The position numbers and the translations under genes are program-made. A stretch of 64,000 nt of DNA, taken from positions 121,520,001 through 121,584,000 of the forward strand of contig OZ024745.1 in NCBI GenBank assembly GCA_964016885.1, read 5' to 3'. Origin of the DNA: Eledone cirrhosa. Lineage: Eukaryota. The notes under the pieces are model-generated. The model did not search any database, was not told the origin of the DNA, and saw only the letters and a list, made by a program, of their open reading frames with translations. Below are positions 1 to 12,683 of the stretch, piece by piece (position 1 is the first letter of the stretch; every line of letters starts with the position of its first letter).

Positions 1-515
1 CATATTTCGGCCGCTTGTATTCACAATCATATTCTTTCAGTCATTACCCAAGATTCATGAATACCGAATTGAAGATAGTGAGTTTGTCTTTTACACCTAC
101 CTTCCTTCCTTCTGATTACTGAATGCTGAAGCTGGCACATTACTGCACCAGATCCTGCAATTCTTGCACTTAATTCAGCCTCCTACCTTCCATTACTCGT
201 GAACATAGCACCAAGATATTTGAACTTCTCCACCTGCTTCAGTGGAGCTTCATTCACATGTACAGTGCACTGTGCGGGCTTCCTTGAGAGGACGAGTGTC
301 TCAGTTTTCGCAACACTGATTTTCATTCCAGCCATGCAGCACTTGGCATCAAAACTATCGAGTGCAAGTCGGAAATCTAAATTGAAACCATTCAATGTGG
401 GAGTCGGACTCCGCCAAGGGAGCATACTGTCACCTCTCCTGTTCATTATTTACATGAACAGGATTGTGCAGCTGGATTGGAAGTGGTATCATGACTGGCA
501 GGTGTAAAATCAGTC
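1..515 (-). mobile_element. RTE-type LINE reverse transcriptase fragment with an inverted 5' segment
   Basis: Minus strand (about 370 to 1) reads GMKISVAKTE...LKQVEKFKYLG; plus strand 370-515 reads PFNVGVGLRQGSILSPLLFIIYM. Both are non-LTR RT motifs. Confidence 0.85.
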
Positions 516-619
516 AGAAGCAAGATATGTTTTTCCAAGTAAAATTTATCTCATGGTGACCTGTCCACTGCATGCCTGCATGGAAAGTACACAAAATTAT
601 AAAGAATGACTGGTGATAT

Positions 620-868
620 TTAACCTTTTTGATACCAACCCACGAAAACCAGCTCTGGTTCCATGAAATAAAACCACCCATTTTATAGAGCTCCTTCTTA
701 AATTAAAATCTTCCAACATAGTTTAATATAAGAACCTTTTATTAAGTTAAAATTACTTAAATAATCTTAATATTAAAACTATTAATCATTCTAGTAAAAC
801 CCTCAATGTTTTTCACTAATTAATTCAAATAGTGTATCTCATTAAATATACAATAAGGAAAAGGTTAA
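620..868. mobile_element. TTAA-flanked piggyBac-type MITE (degenerate)
   Basis: ttaacctttttgatacca...aaaaggttaa ends; resembles 60218-60409. Confidence 0.5.
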
Positions 869-984
869 TTTGAGTTTGTGTTCAAACCAAAATATGTCGT
901 AAAAATCCTGTTGGTATCTGTATGGTATTTGCTCATTGATTTACAACAAAAAACTTTAATACTTAATAACATGTTATTATTACA

Positions 985-1350
985 GGTGGAGTGCCGGACA
1001 ACATGCTTTGCAGCATAGAGTTACGGCCCTTTGCGTTCTGAGTTCAAGTTTCGCAAAGGTTAGCTTTGCCTTTCATCCTTACGGGGTCAATAAAATAATG
1101 TACCAGTCACATACTGGGGTCGATTTAATCGACTTTTCCATCACCCCCACCAAAAGAATTGCTGGCCTTGTGCCTAAATCAGAAACCATTATTACAGGTT
1201 TCTAATTTAGGCAAAAGGACAGTCATTTTACAAGGAAAGAAAAGTTGATTATATCGACCCTAGTGCTTGGCTGGTACTTTATTTTATCAACCTCAAAAGA
1301 ATGAAAGACTAAGTTTAAGTTGACCTTGGTGGGATTTGAACTCAGAATAT
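985..1350. mobile_element. tRNA-derived SINE family A, two copies in opposite orientation
   Basis: B-box-like gagttcaa and core gcctttcatccttacggggtcaataaaa; the family recurs at 27633-27815, 34110-34230 and 60960-61215. Confidence 0.7.
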
Positions 1351-1487
1351 AAATATTTATCGTAGCTAAATGTCATAAACATTTTGTCTTCTCATCTACC
1401 AATACTGTATATCAGCTACTCTATCGCAGCCAAATAAAACAGTAGTGGATATATCAGTGTTTCTGAGTTTAAATCACTAATGCACAA

Positions 1488-1706
1488 TTAACCCTTTAGC
1501 ATTCACATTACTCTATAAATACTATTATATTTTCATGGTAAAGGCTTTACCTCATATAATTATCTCACATATATCGAATCTATGATATTTTGAAAGTATT
1601 TATTTTGAGAACAATACCTTAACATCAGTTTGAGTGACCAGTTAAAGCCAGTTTCAACAGAAAAAACTAGAGAATTCTGGCCGGTTTTGGCTGGTTTGAA
1701 CATTAA
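1488..1706 (+). mobile_element. About 200-bp piggyBac-derived TTAA MITE (representative copy)
   Basis: TTAA plus TIR ccctttagcatt. Other copies at about 7440-7645, 9051-9268, 13840-14005, 19710-19910, 26790-27034, 36235-36453, 38066-38270, 49447-49654, 51846-51999, 52176-52373 and 60602-60728. Confidence 0.85.
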
Positions 1707-1744
1707 TATATCATCATCCCATTATTTTAAATCCATTTTTTCCG

Positions 1745-2515
1745 TGTGTGTGTGATTCTGAGCTAGGTGTAAAATCTTCAATTCTGTGTTCATGCCTGCC
1801 CTTACCTATGATCATGAAGCTTGTGTAATGACTGAATGAATACGATCACAAATACAAGTGGTCAAAATGGGTTTCCTCTGAAGGATCTTTGGAATAATGT
1901 TACTCAATATGGTGCGTAACTTGAAGATCAGAAAGTCACTCCAGGTAGAGCCACTACTTTTCTACGTCTAGAGATCACAGCTAGGGTACTACAAACATAT
2001 GGTTAAAGTGACTAAGGAAAAAATCGCAGAAGAGATTTTATGGGCATTTAATTTTGCTTGCCTCTAATATGCTAAACTGAAAATTATCCAAATGTCCTCA
2101 CTTCATTATTGAGAGCAGTGAAAGGATCATCTAGTAGTCAAAATACTTTCTATAGAAATGGCACACATCTGTCATTTTAAACAGCGTTGGAACAGCATCA
2201 CTCACCAACAGTTAGTTTAGAGTAAAGTTACTAAATACACTGCGTAACTCAAAGATCAGAGATTTGCTACTTCTCTGAATAGAGGGATCACATCTCTGAT
2301 ACTATGGACATGTGATTAGAATGTCTTAGAAAAGAATCATTGGACAGATTTTACAGGGAAAGCCAACTGGCAGGAGACCCAGGTGTAGACCATTAGCAAG
2401 ATAGTTAGATAACATCCATAAGCGGGATTGATTTTGCTTGGTGATCCAGCTGGATCATTTGAAGAGAGCTGCTTCTGATAGACTCCTCTGGAAGGTGTAT
2501 CTGAGGATTCTGACC
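1745..2515 (+). mobile_element. RTE LINE 3' fragments
   Basis: Similar to 58660-59020, 25850-26095, 37300-37645 and 50305-50490 (gatccagctggatc...gcttctgacagg...gaggactctg motif). Confidence 0.75.
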
Positions 2516-2722
2516 CCCCCCCCCCCCCCCCCCACACACATTATTCTCAGGGGTGTAGAAGAATGAAGGATAGGATTCAAATTCAGAATATCAAGGAACA
2601 TAAGCAAATAACATACGGTGTATTCTATTGATTCTGCCATTCACAACCTTTCGCTATATATTCTATTTTATTATAGCAAGATATGTATTTTGTTATGAAA
2701 TATATATGTGTGTGTATGTATG

Positions 2723-2763
<41 letters not shown>

Positions 2764-2776
2764 ATATATCTTACAG

Positions 2777-3041
2777 AGAAGCTGCTCTACGTCGTCATGT
2801 CAAATATGACCACACAAACAGTGATGATAATGAAGAGGAGGAGGAAGAAGAAGCAGAGGGGGATGAGGAAAGAGACAAACATAAAAAAGTTGAAAAAGAA
2901 GACACAGAAAAGAAAGATGAGAATCCAGAGAAAGTAGCTGTTGAAGATGTTGAAGTTGAGTATAAAAATGAAGAAGTGCTTGCCAATGGTAAACCAAATC
3001 GACCATACACCTGCCAAATTTGCCAACGCAGTTTCAAAAAG
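2777..3041 (+). CDS. E4F1: E4F1 zinc-finger transcription factor, internal exon (first in window)
   Basis: ttacag acceptor and AAG|gtaaac donor; EAALRRHVKYDH, acidic tract, RPYTCQICQRSFKK. Confidence 0.85.
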
Positions 3042-3376
3042 GTAAACAGTAACTTTATTGTAGATCAATTCTGTGTTTTTATAGATTACAAATTTGTCAA
3101 AAAATCAATTTGTTGTTTTGTTGGAGAAAAATATTAATGTAAGATGGTGTGCTTTATTATTGAACTAGCTGGCTCTGTGCCGTCAAAAATGACGGCTAAT
3201 TATAATATCTATACATAATATAAAAAAGAGGGGTTGGTTGGTTGGCTGGTTCCTCCATGCTCATTCACACAAGTAATACAAACACACCCCTTCTTTCTTC
3301 AGTCAACGTTATCATCCTTTCCTTCCTCAGTCATCTCTACTGTGTTTCAGACAAATACACAAGGCTATTATATTAG

Positions 3377-3655
3377 CGTGGAGGCACGTGGCCAAGTGGT
3401 AAGGGTGTTGGACTTACGATCATAATGTTGTGGGTTCGATTCCTGGGTTGTGTGTTGTGTTCTTGAGCAAAACACTTCATTTCACGTTGCTCCAGTATAC
3501 TCAGCTGAAAATAAGTACCAGCAATAGCTGGGGGTTTAAACCTGTGATGGACTGGCGTCCTGTCCAGGGGATAGTCTTGTACTCTCAGTCGCTTCACTCC
3601 AAAGAAACCGGGATAAACACCAACCTGATGAGCCTTCTGGCTTCAGACAGACTTT
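3377..3655 (+). mobile_element. tRNA-derived CORE-like SINE
   Basis: A box tggccaagtgg, B box ggttcgattcc, core ttcttgagcaaaacactt; related to 7140-7350 and 48443-48785. Confidence 0.75.
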
Positions 3656-4054
3656 AGACTATATTAGTAGAGTCATATGACAAACATCTAATTAACCCTT
3701 TCGTTAGCATATTTCTAATAAATTACATAGCCAATTACTTATTTGAAAATAGTTTACAATAAATATTTTGAAATATTTTATTTAAATGTGGATCTATATG
3801 GATCTGGTTTAGAATAGGTACACTGTATCCCTGCTTGTCATAAGAGGTGACAGAAAAGGTTTGGCACCAACAAGGACATCCAGCTATAAAACATTGCCTC
3901 AAAAAGGACCCCATGATTAGGATGGAGTTTATCAAGGCCAATCTCTGTTTTAGTAGGTAAAATTGCCTTAAAATGCTTGTTGTTTTCTATTTAAATGTAG
4001 TCTATTTTTTAATGTTTTTTATGAAATAATAATGAAGATTCTGTATATTTTCAG

Positions 4055-4181
4055 ATTATTGTGCTGAGAACACACATGTTAACACATTCTGACAAGAGAG
4101 AACATCATTGCTTTTTTGAAGGTTGCACATATGCTTTCAAGACTAAAGGATCTCTTATACGTCATATGAGAAGACATACAG
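4055..4181 (+). CDS. E4F1: E4F1 exon
   Basis: IIVLRTHMLTHSDKREHHCFFEGCTYAFKTKGSLIRHMRRHT(G); FxTKGSLIRH is characteristic of E4F1; AG/GT phases consistent. Confidence 0.92.
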
Positions 4182-4445
4182 GTAATTATGGAACAATTTT
4201 CCTTCTTTTTTTTTTTTTTTTTTTTCCGATAGTTGTGTCTTCTACAAAAAATAATTGGATCCCTGAAAGATGAAACCATAACAAGCAATATGGTTAAAAA
4301 GATCGGTACTTTAAAAAACAAGTAAGGGTTGACGTCTGGAAGGGCATTCGGCCGTAAAATGAACGATGATGATGACAATAAATTTTCAAATTTATAGAGA
4401 AACAGGTGTAGGATTTGAAGTAAGATAAAGAATTTGAGTGGTTGG

Positions 4446-4540
4446 AAGCATCATAAGAAACTTGTGTGGCTTTAGGGCTGCAAGCATCATAAGAAACTTG
4501 TGTGGCTTTAGGGCTGCAAGCATCATAAGAAACTTGTGTG
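4446..4540. repeat. 36-bp tandem repeat, about 2.6 copies
   Basis: aagcatcataagaaacttgtgtggctttagggctgc repeated. Confidence 0.85.
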
Positions 4541-4640
4541 AGAAACTATATTTATGAAAACAGAGCTCATCAAACTTAAGGTAACTAACAACTTTGTGAT
4601 TTCATTATAATTACTTCATCTATACTTGTTACTTTTTCAG

Positions 4641-4719
4641 GAGAACGGCCTTACACTTGTAATATGTGCAAAAGAAGTTTCACTGAATCTGGTGCTCTCA
4701 GCAGACATCTGAAATCAAG
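4641..4719 (+). CDS. E4F1: E4F1 exon
   Basis: ERPYTCNMCKRSFTESGALSRHLKS(R); matches E4F1 SFRESGALTRHLKS. Confidence 0.92.
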
Positions 4720-4980
4720 GTTTGACTTGTTTTTATTTATATGTTATTGCTGTAACAGGTTTAACAGTTATCTTTTAACATTTTACCTGTAATTTAAAAG
4801 CCCAGCCTTGTCACATATTGTTTCATACTGATTTGGCTTTGGTAATTATTTTAAGGGTACACATGTCTGGAATACTCAACCACTAACACATTAATTCACA
4901 AGTTGGATATTTAGTTGATCAAATAGTTGAATGCTCGTCATCGAAGCTAATAGAAGGTTCATCATCAAAATCACGTTATA

Positions 4981-5941
4981 TGAGGTGTGTCAGAAAAGAA
5001 ATAGGACCGGAGTCACCAAAAAACTATTTTAAATCCAAACTATAAACTGTACATGTGGTTGACATTAGAAAGGGCATCCAACTGTAGAAACCAAGCCAAA
5101 ATAAGCTCTGAGTGAGCGAAACACAGTCCTCTGACCTGATCTCTCTTAAAGGGTTGGGCCGTCCTACCCATGCTAGCTTGGAAAATGGACGTTAAACGAT
5201 GAAGGTGAAACTATGTTTTCTTCTTCGAAATAATCCCCCTTAAGTCTAACGCACTTTCCCATCCTTCTCTGTATACCTCTATTCACTCATGGAGGGATTC
5301 TTTGCAGCTGTCATGACTGCCTTCTTGATGGCTTCTGCGTCCAGAAAACAGGTCATATTCGAAGATCCATGAATCATTACCAGTAAGTCTGGTTCAGTTT
5401 CAAGATGCTCAAGGATGTTCTGAAACACCTGCTTGTGCCGCTCCTTCTGGTCATTGTTCGTCAGCTTTGGCACCATCTTCCGCATGCCCAAATTTTTGGT
5501 CATAATCTTCCAAATGCTGTCACAGTTCAAGCCGAGTTCACTTGTGATCAGGTGAACAGTCAGCCGCCAATCGCCATGTACCACCTGTCTCACGTGCTCA
5601 ACATTGGTCTCAGTCTGCTCGTTGAAGGCCTTCTGCTCCTGGGGTCATCCCTCTCAAAAACCCATGAGTGCAACATCATCTCATCTCCATACACTTGCTG
5701 CAGTATTCTAAGTGCTTCTGACAGAGTTTTCCCCAGCTGCACCAGAAACTTCAGGTTGGTTTGTTGCTCTGTACCCATCACTGGACAGCCTAAAATTGAG
5801 GTGCATTTAACAAAAGCACATGAAAAAATGTAGAATGGCTGAGAAGGCAGTTATAAACTCCCTGGATTTTACTTTACACGGTGACACAACCATCTAATCT
5901 CTACCCAACTCACAGCACTGTTACTTTTCTGACACACCTCA
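4981..5941 (-). mobile_element. Tc1/mariner transposon, defective, with a nested SINE tail (about 5050-5205)
   Basis: TIRs tgaggtgtgtcagaaaag / cttttctgacacacctca flanked by TA; frameshifted transposase (EQQTNLKFLVQLGKTLSEALRILQQVYGDE; NLGMRKMVPKL). Confidence 0.88.
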
Positions 5942-6789
5942 TATATTATTATCTCCATAACCTCATCATTTTCCGTCTGTTTTTCCATGCTTGCATGGAT
6001 TAGATGGGTCCTTTCCACTTGTTGCATTCCTTCATCTCTTTTGTGAGCCTCAGTGATTTGAGATCAGCTTTCACCTCCTCTGCCCAGGTCTTCCCCTACT
6101 GCAGTTTCCTTCCACTAGGTTTTCTTTGCATTTCTTGAATATCAAATTTCTATCACAACAAATGGTTAATAAGAGAAGTCTCCATAACAAAATGTTATTC
6201 ATTTTTACTAAAAAAATAATGGAAAGACCCACCCACCAATACAAGCACAGTGTACTATAAATAAATGTATGCATGGACCGGAGAGGTACCTTTTAGCCTG
6301 CAATGGACGAGACAACCTGATAGAATGCACTCATTACTTCTTGTTAAGTCCTGACCAGAGGCTACAGTGTTGGACAATCAAAATTTAACAGAGACAATAT
6401 AGAAATGGAGAGGACTCTCCATTCTGGCCTAGCATGACAACCTCTCTTGTGCTGGTGCCACAGTAACATGCACGCAATACATCCTGTAAAGTGTTAGTGT
6501 TGATGCCCTGATAAAACGCACCCAGTAGTAGTGCTGGTATCACGAAAAACAGACCTAGCATGCTCTGTAAAGTGATTGGCATTAGGAAGGGCATCTAGTT
6601 GTAGAAACCATACCAAATATGGAACGTAAAGAGAACATTGGTAGTTCCGATGTATTTAGTCTGGGACTGTGACAAGCTGTCCATCCCATGCCAGGATGGA
6701 AAGGAAGCATGAAATGATGATGATGATGATATATAAACATATACAATTTTACTGATTTCTTGTACATCATTAATAATTTGTAATCATCA

Positions 6790-6945
6790 TCATCATCATT
6801 CGTCGACTACTGTCGAGATGATGGATCTCACTCTCATGCCCCAGAATTCCCTGTCCCCCATCGCCGCCCCCAGGTCCTGTCTACTGATTCCCGTATCCCT
6901 AGAGATAACGTCAGGGAATGACAGCTTCCTACTCCTAGGGAATAA
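6790..6945 (-). mobile_element. LINE 3' end with (CAT)n tail
   Basis: GC-rich; minus strand reads PRSRKLSFPDVISRDTG...AMGDREFW, like RTE-group ORF2 C-termini. Confidence 0.55.
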
Positions 6946-7674
6946 AGGGAATGCATGCTGGCATTCCTAACATATTAAAGTATAAGCTAACTTTAAAAAG
7001 CTTTCAGTGATAAGTACAAAACAAGAGTTTTCACAAAAACATTTTAGTGATCTTCTATGGCCACATATACAGTAATCATTATGAAATATTCTGATTAGCT
7101 CAATAAGGTTTGTGTGTTTCAGTATAATATTTGAATGGTGAAGGCACATAACCTAGTGGTTAGGTTGTTGGACTCTCAATCATAAGATAATAGGTCTAAT
7201 TCCTGGGCTGAGTAGCACAATGTGTTCTTAAGCAAGATGTTTCAAATAACATTGCCCCTACCTAAAAAAATTAATGCCAGCAGCAACCAGGGTTAGAGTT
7301 AGGGTACTGATATCCAGTTCAGGAGGAAGACTTTTCGTGATAGCCCTAGGACCCCTATCATTAAAACACTGAAGAAACCTATGTAACAGCAACAATATTT
7401 GAATGCTCACAGAAAAAGATAGGTTTTAATATTATCCACTTAACCCTTTAGCATTTACATTATTCTATATTTACTATTGTATTTTCATGGTATAGTCTTT
7501 ATCTCACATAATATCGAATCTATGAGATTTTGATATTATTTATTTTGAGAACAATACCTTAACGTAAGTATGAGTGGCCAGTTTGAACAGAAAAGGGTGG
7601 GAGAGTTCTGGCTGGATATGGCTGGTTTAAATGCTAAAGGGTTAAATTTGATCATTTTTTAATTTTTCAAACAG

Positions 7675-7843
7675 GACTCCATGTACAGCCAAAAGGGATT
7701 CTGATTTACCATGCTACGGTCAACGCTGGAACTTTATTGCCAATTTTCCTTCTGCTATGGGAAAAATTCAAAATACTAATGAAAATGCAAATTCACAAAT
7801 TACTGATGTAAATAATTCTGAAGAAGAATCTTTTGTTCAACAG
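7675..7843 (+). CDS. E4F1: E4F1 exon
   Basis: TPCTAKRDSDLPCYGQRWNF...; completes the C2HC finger HLKSRTPC; acag acceptor and CAG|gtcagt donor. Confidence 0.85.
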
Positions 7844-9537
7844 GTCAGTATAACTTTAATATTACTGGATATAACTCTTTAGGGTCGGGAGGACAATTCA
7901 GTCATGTCATGGACATGATAGCCTCCCTAGTGTTGGTCATCTACATGATAAATACACCCAGTACATGCTGTAAAGTGGTTGGATATAGGAAGGGCATCCA
8001 GCCATAGAAATCTTGCCAAACGAAGAGTTGGGAGGACCCTTAGTTGTATCAAAGGCATGACAACTTCTGAGCACTCGATGGAAAGTGAGACACAGATCCC
8101 TGGCCTGCCTGGGGGATCAGTACTGACTTGGTCTGTATGGACCCATCCAACCCTTGCTGGCAGGGAAAGCAAACGTTAAAACGATGATGATAATGAAGAA
8201 AATGTTATTATAATTATTTATTATGGTAAAGTATTTTTATCATCAGCTCCATTATTAAAAGTGTATTTGCATTTCTATGTCAACACTAGATTGAATTTAT
8301 GTCAAACATAGCTTCTATCAAAGCAGTGGTATCGTTACCATAACCAGTTTAACGTCTATTTTCCATGCTTGTGAGATTCTGAGACTAGATGGGTCTGATG
8401 ACCATATCTTGGTCATACATTCCATTTTTGGCTCTATTTCTATGACTGAACACCCTTTCAAATGCCATTCACTTTACAAAATGTGCTGGGAGCACTTTGT
8501 CATGGCACCTTAAATAGTGGACTGGGTGATTTTTTTTTTATTGCGTCACAAGTACTACCATTTTACAGGATGGTCTGGGTGTATTTTATCATGGCACCAG
8601 TACTGTTTTATGTTCATATTAAACATAACTTCTATTATATGCTACACAAAGTATATCACTCCTGTTTTAAGTTACTATCATCGCTGTTTTAACATCTATT
8701 TTTCATTGGCTAAACCTAACATGAAATTTGTTGCCCCTTATATCAATCTTAGATCATATTTGTTAGGCCTAGCATCCTGAAATTTAGCTACACCACCTTC
8801 TCCCGTCTTCATTTTTTTGTTGGTATCTTCTGTGTGTTAATACATTTTTGTCCAACATCTACTGACAAATACCATACTCTCTACTCCTATACAAATTAAC
8901 AGCACTATACGTTGTACATATGCTTCATACAGTTTTCTTTCTGTGTGAAGGAGGAAACTCTTTGTTACTACATAGGTAATAGCTCCAACAGACATAAGAT
9001 TCATTTTATTTCATAAGTTCTATTAATTACTATTGTTATATCAATCATATTTAACCCTTTAGCATTTACATTATTCTAGATTTAATATTGTATTTTCGGG
9101 ATAAAGGCTTTACCTCACACACATAATATCAAATCTAAGATTTTGATATTATTTATTTTGAGAACAATACCTTAACATCAGTGTAAGCGATCAGTTACAG
9201 CCAGTTTGAACAGAAAAAGGTGAAAGAATTCTGGCCAGATAGGGCTGGTTTAAATGTTAAATGGTTAAAGTTCTGGTTTTATGACAACCTGCTAAAGTTC
9301 CACTGCTTAATTTGTTTGTTCATTGCTAAAAGGAAGAAACAAAGAAATACAAGAAATTTAGAATTGGTTTCAATACCTTCAAATAATACATTCAACATAA
9401 GATTGGTGATATTTGGTGTTTAGACCTCATAAGTCAAGCTTGAGCAATCCATAATTGAAAGCATGTAGATTTGAATATTTAAGGGGGCCATTTGAAAATG
9501 ATATTAATGAGATTTTACTTTTACACCAAGGCAATTT

Positions 9538-10284
9538 TGGTACACATTACTGTCAGAAACTCCTGTCTCACCTCGTCCACATGTTATTGTATATCTGGCA
9601 CCACCTATATGGTACACATTACTGTCAGAAACTCCTGTCTCACCTCCATCACACATGTTATTGTGTATCTGGCACCACCCATATGGTACACATTACTGTC
9701 AGAAACTCCTGTCTCACCTCTACCACATGTTACTGTGTATCTGGCACCACTTATATGGTACACATTACTGTCAGAAACTCCTGTCTCACCTCCTCTACCA
9801 CATGTTACTGTGTGTATCTGGCACCACCCATATGGTACACATTACTGTCAGAAACTCCTGTCTCACCTCCTCCACACATGTTACTGTGTATCTGGCACCA
9901 CCTATATGGTACACATCACTGTCAGAAACTCCTATCTCACCACCTCCACACATGTTACTGTGTGTATCTGGCACCACCTATATGGTACACATTACTGTCA
10001 GAAACTCCTGTCTCACCTCCATCACACATGTTATTGTGTATCTGGCACCACCTATATGGTACACATTACTGTCAGAAACTCCTGTCTCACCTCCTCTACC
10101 ACATGTTACTGTGTGTATCTGGCACCACCTATATGGTACACATCACTGTCAGAAACTCCTGTCTCACCTCCATCACACATGTTACTGTGTGTATCTGGCA
10201 CCACCTATATGGTACACATTACTGTCAGAAACTCCTGTCTCACCTCCATCACACATGTTATTGTGTATCTGGCACCACCTATAT
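9538..10284. repeat. Minisatellite, about 72-77-bp unit, about 10 copies
   Basis: tggtacacattactgtcagaaactcctgtctcacctcc...tatctggcaccacctata repeated. Confidence 0.95.
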
Positions 10285-10429
10285 GCCAGTTTGTTTACAC
10301 TTTGCAGTTGATCATTGCTGTTTTCATATCAAAGAGTAGGGAGGAGTTTAACAATTTTTTAGATGTTGAGGTGGGGCATGGCTCACAAAAGGTTTGGAAC
10401 CACTGCTGTAGATATGCAGCTGACAGGAA

Positions 10430-10975
10430 GCACTCAGTCTCTACCCAGCTTAAACTTCCACAAAGCTAACTGGAAAAGGATTCAGGAGGAGCTCCTGAAG
10501 CAAAACTGGACTGACAGTCTCTCTATGGAAGATGTCAACATACAACTTGAACAATTCATGGAAATAATACAAACCTTATACTCCAAATTTGCCCCAGAAA
10601 AAAAGGCCAACAGGCACAAGAATATTATTCCCAGAGACAGGAGAATTCTTATGAGAAGAACAAAGATCTTAAATCGATTACATACACAAGTATGGAACAA
10701 GATGGAATCCCATCTGAAGTAGGCACTGTTTCAAATTGAAAATGAGCTGAAACTCTCCTATGAAAAGGAGAGGGCAGAAAAAGAAGCCAGGGCTATAGAA
10801 AACATAAAGACGAACCCTAAGGCCTTTAAATGTGTAAAAGAGACCACCTAGGTACACTAAAGGATAGGGCCTCTTTTCCATAAAAGTGGCTCACTGACCG
10901 CAGACCACAAAGAGATAAGTGAAGCACTAAATGAACAATACAAAAGTGTTTTCACACCTCCAATGAGTCACCTGC
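10430..10975 (+). mobile_element. CR1/L2-group LINE ORF2 fragment
   Basis: LNFHKANWKRIQEELLKQNW; AIENIKTNPKAF; EISEALNEQYKSVFT, with stops and frameshifts. Confidence 0.75.
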
Positions 10976-11112
10976 AAATAAATAAGTATTAAATATAATT
11001 CTTGTTTGTTTTTGTATGGTGAGATCATTGAAATTTAAATGATAATTACATGTGTTAATGTTATGAGTGTTGTAATTGGAATATATTTTTACTTTGTACC
11101 TGTTAATTGCAG

Positions 11113-11256
11113 ACTGATAATGTATTACCTATGGAGGATTCTCTCTGTGAAGTTGGTGACACAGAAACTGTTACAGAAACCTCAGAAGATAATCTTGACA
11201 AAGATTCTCCAGTAATGGTAGAAAACATGGATCTTCTTAAAACAACTCAATGTTGG
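11113..11256 (+). CDS. E4F1: E4F1 exon
   Basis: ttgcag|ACT...CAA TGT TGG|gtaagt; phase 0 on both sides. Confidence 0.8.
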
Positions 11257-12228
11257 GTAAGTTACAGATCTGAAATTCTTTTTTTTGACCAAAATTAGCT
11301 GTATTTCTTCTTCTTCTCCACAAAGGTTGAAGTGCAGAAGTTTGCTTAATATGTGTAGTGATTGATACTTTGCACTGTTTAACCTCTTCAGTGCTGTAGA
11401 CAAGGTAACTCGTCCTAACATGTATGCATTTCAGTGCCACGGATGAGATAACTTCTCCTAACATGTTTGAACTCTTTCCAACAGTTCATAACTTCAAAGT
11501 TAGATGGGGTTACTAGTTTGTCAATCATTCAGATATGTTGTTAATAAATGTTTGTTTAAAAAAATATTCATTTCACTGAAGAAAAAAAGCTGGCACAGCA
11601 ACCGTAGCTGTGTAAAATATATGCAGCAGTCAACAGGTTAATACAGATATTGCAACTATATCCTAGCTTTATTTTTTTTATCTTTCTAGAGTTACGGTTC
11701 TGGTCTAGGTTAATGGACTGGTAGAACTGTTATTTGTTCTGATTTTCTATTCTGAGTTCAAATTCCACTGTGACTATTTGGATGATAGATTTAATCTGTT
11801 GCTCAATTTAGCACCACCACCTGTCCCTTAGCTGCCTGTAGTAGATATCTCTGGTTTGATGATACCTTACTTCCACAGGTCTCAGAAGTCTTGGAGAGGG
11901 TCATGAGAACTGACCTTCTTCCTGACACCATTAAAATTAGTAATCTTTAGTAAAGGGTTGGGAGGACCCTCCAGTTGTGTCAAAGACATGACAACCTCTC
12001 TAGTGTTGGTGTCACAATAAAATACACTAGCTAGAATGTGAAACAGTATGTGAATGAGATGCAAACCTCTGACCTGTTTGGAGGGTCAGTAGCCCTGCTT
12101 CAATACTGACTCAGTCTGTGCAGACTTGTCCAACTCATGCTAGCAGGGAAAGCGGACATTAAATAATGATGTCGATGATATTACACATTTGTGTATTTTG
12201 TTTCATGAATTTTTCTTTTTTCTTGTAG

Positions 12229-12387
12229 GTTTGTTGCGAAGATTTTTCCAGTGTTGATGCTCTTCGGGTACATTTACGTACTCATCTTGCAGATATGCCA
12301 TTTCGATGTGGTCTTTGTCATTTTGTTGCTGAGAAACGGCAAGAACTTGGTCGACACATGCTTTCCCAACACAAAATTGAACTGAAG
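12229..12387 (+). CDS. E4F1: E4F1 exon (two C2H2 fingers)
   Basis: VCCEDFSSVDALRVHLRTHLADMPFRCGLCHFVAEKRQELGRHMLSQHKIELK. Confidence 0.88.
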
Positions 12388-12588
12388 GTTTTAATTTTTT
12401 CCTTTTGTCATCTTTATTCTTATTGAAGCTCAACAATTTTTACATAGAATTCTTATTTCACTGTTGTTATCTCTGTCACTATTGGCTTTATATTTCATTG
12501 TTGCTATCTCCCTCACCACTGGCTTTATATTTCACTGTTATCTTTCAGTGTCACTATTTCACTATTGCTATCTCTGTTCTTTGATCAG

Positions 12589-12683
12589 GGTCCAGAAGAA
12601 TCTCTAACTTCTTGTTCAGCTATTCTTGAAACTGAAGGTACCATTCATGAAAAAGAAGAGTCTAACATAAGTGTAATATGTCG
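12589..12683 (+). CDS. E4F1: E4F1 exon
   Basis: atcag|GGT CCA GAA...TGT CG|gtaagt; required for phase continuity. Confidence 0.75.

Noticed and set aside
9455-10469. Long ORFs of 294, 325 and 218 aa
   Set aside because: Translations of a minisatellite; open in all three frames with no protein features
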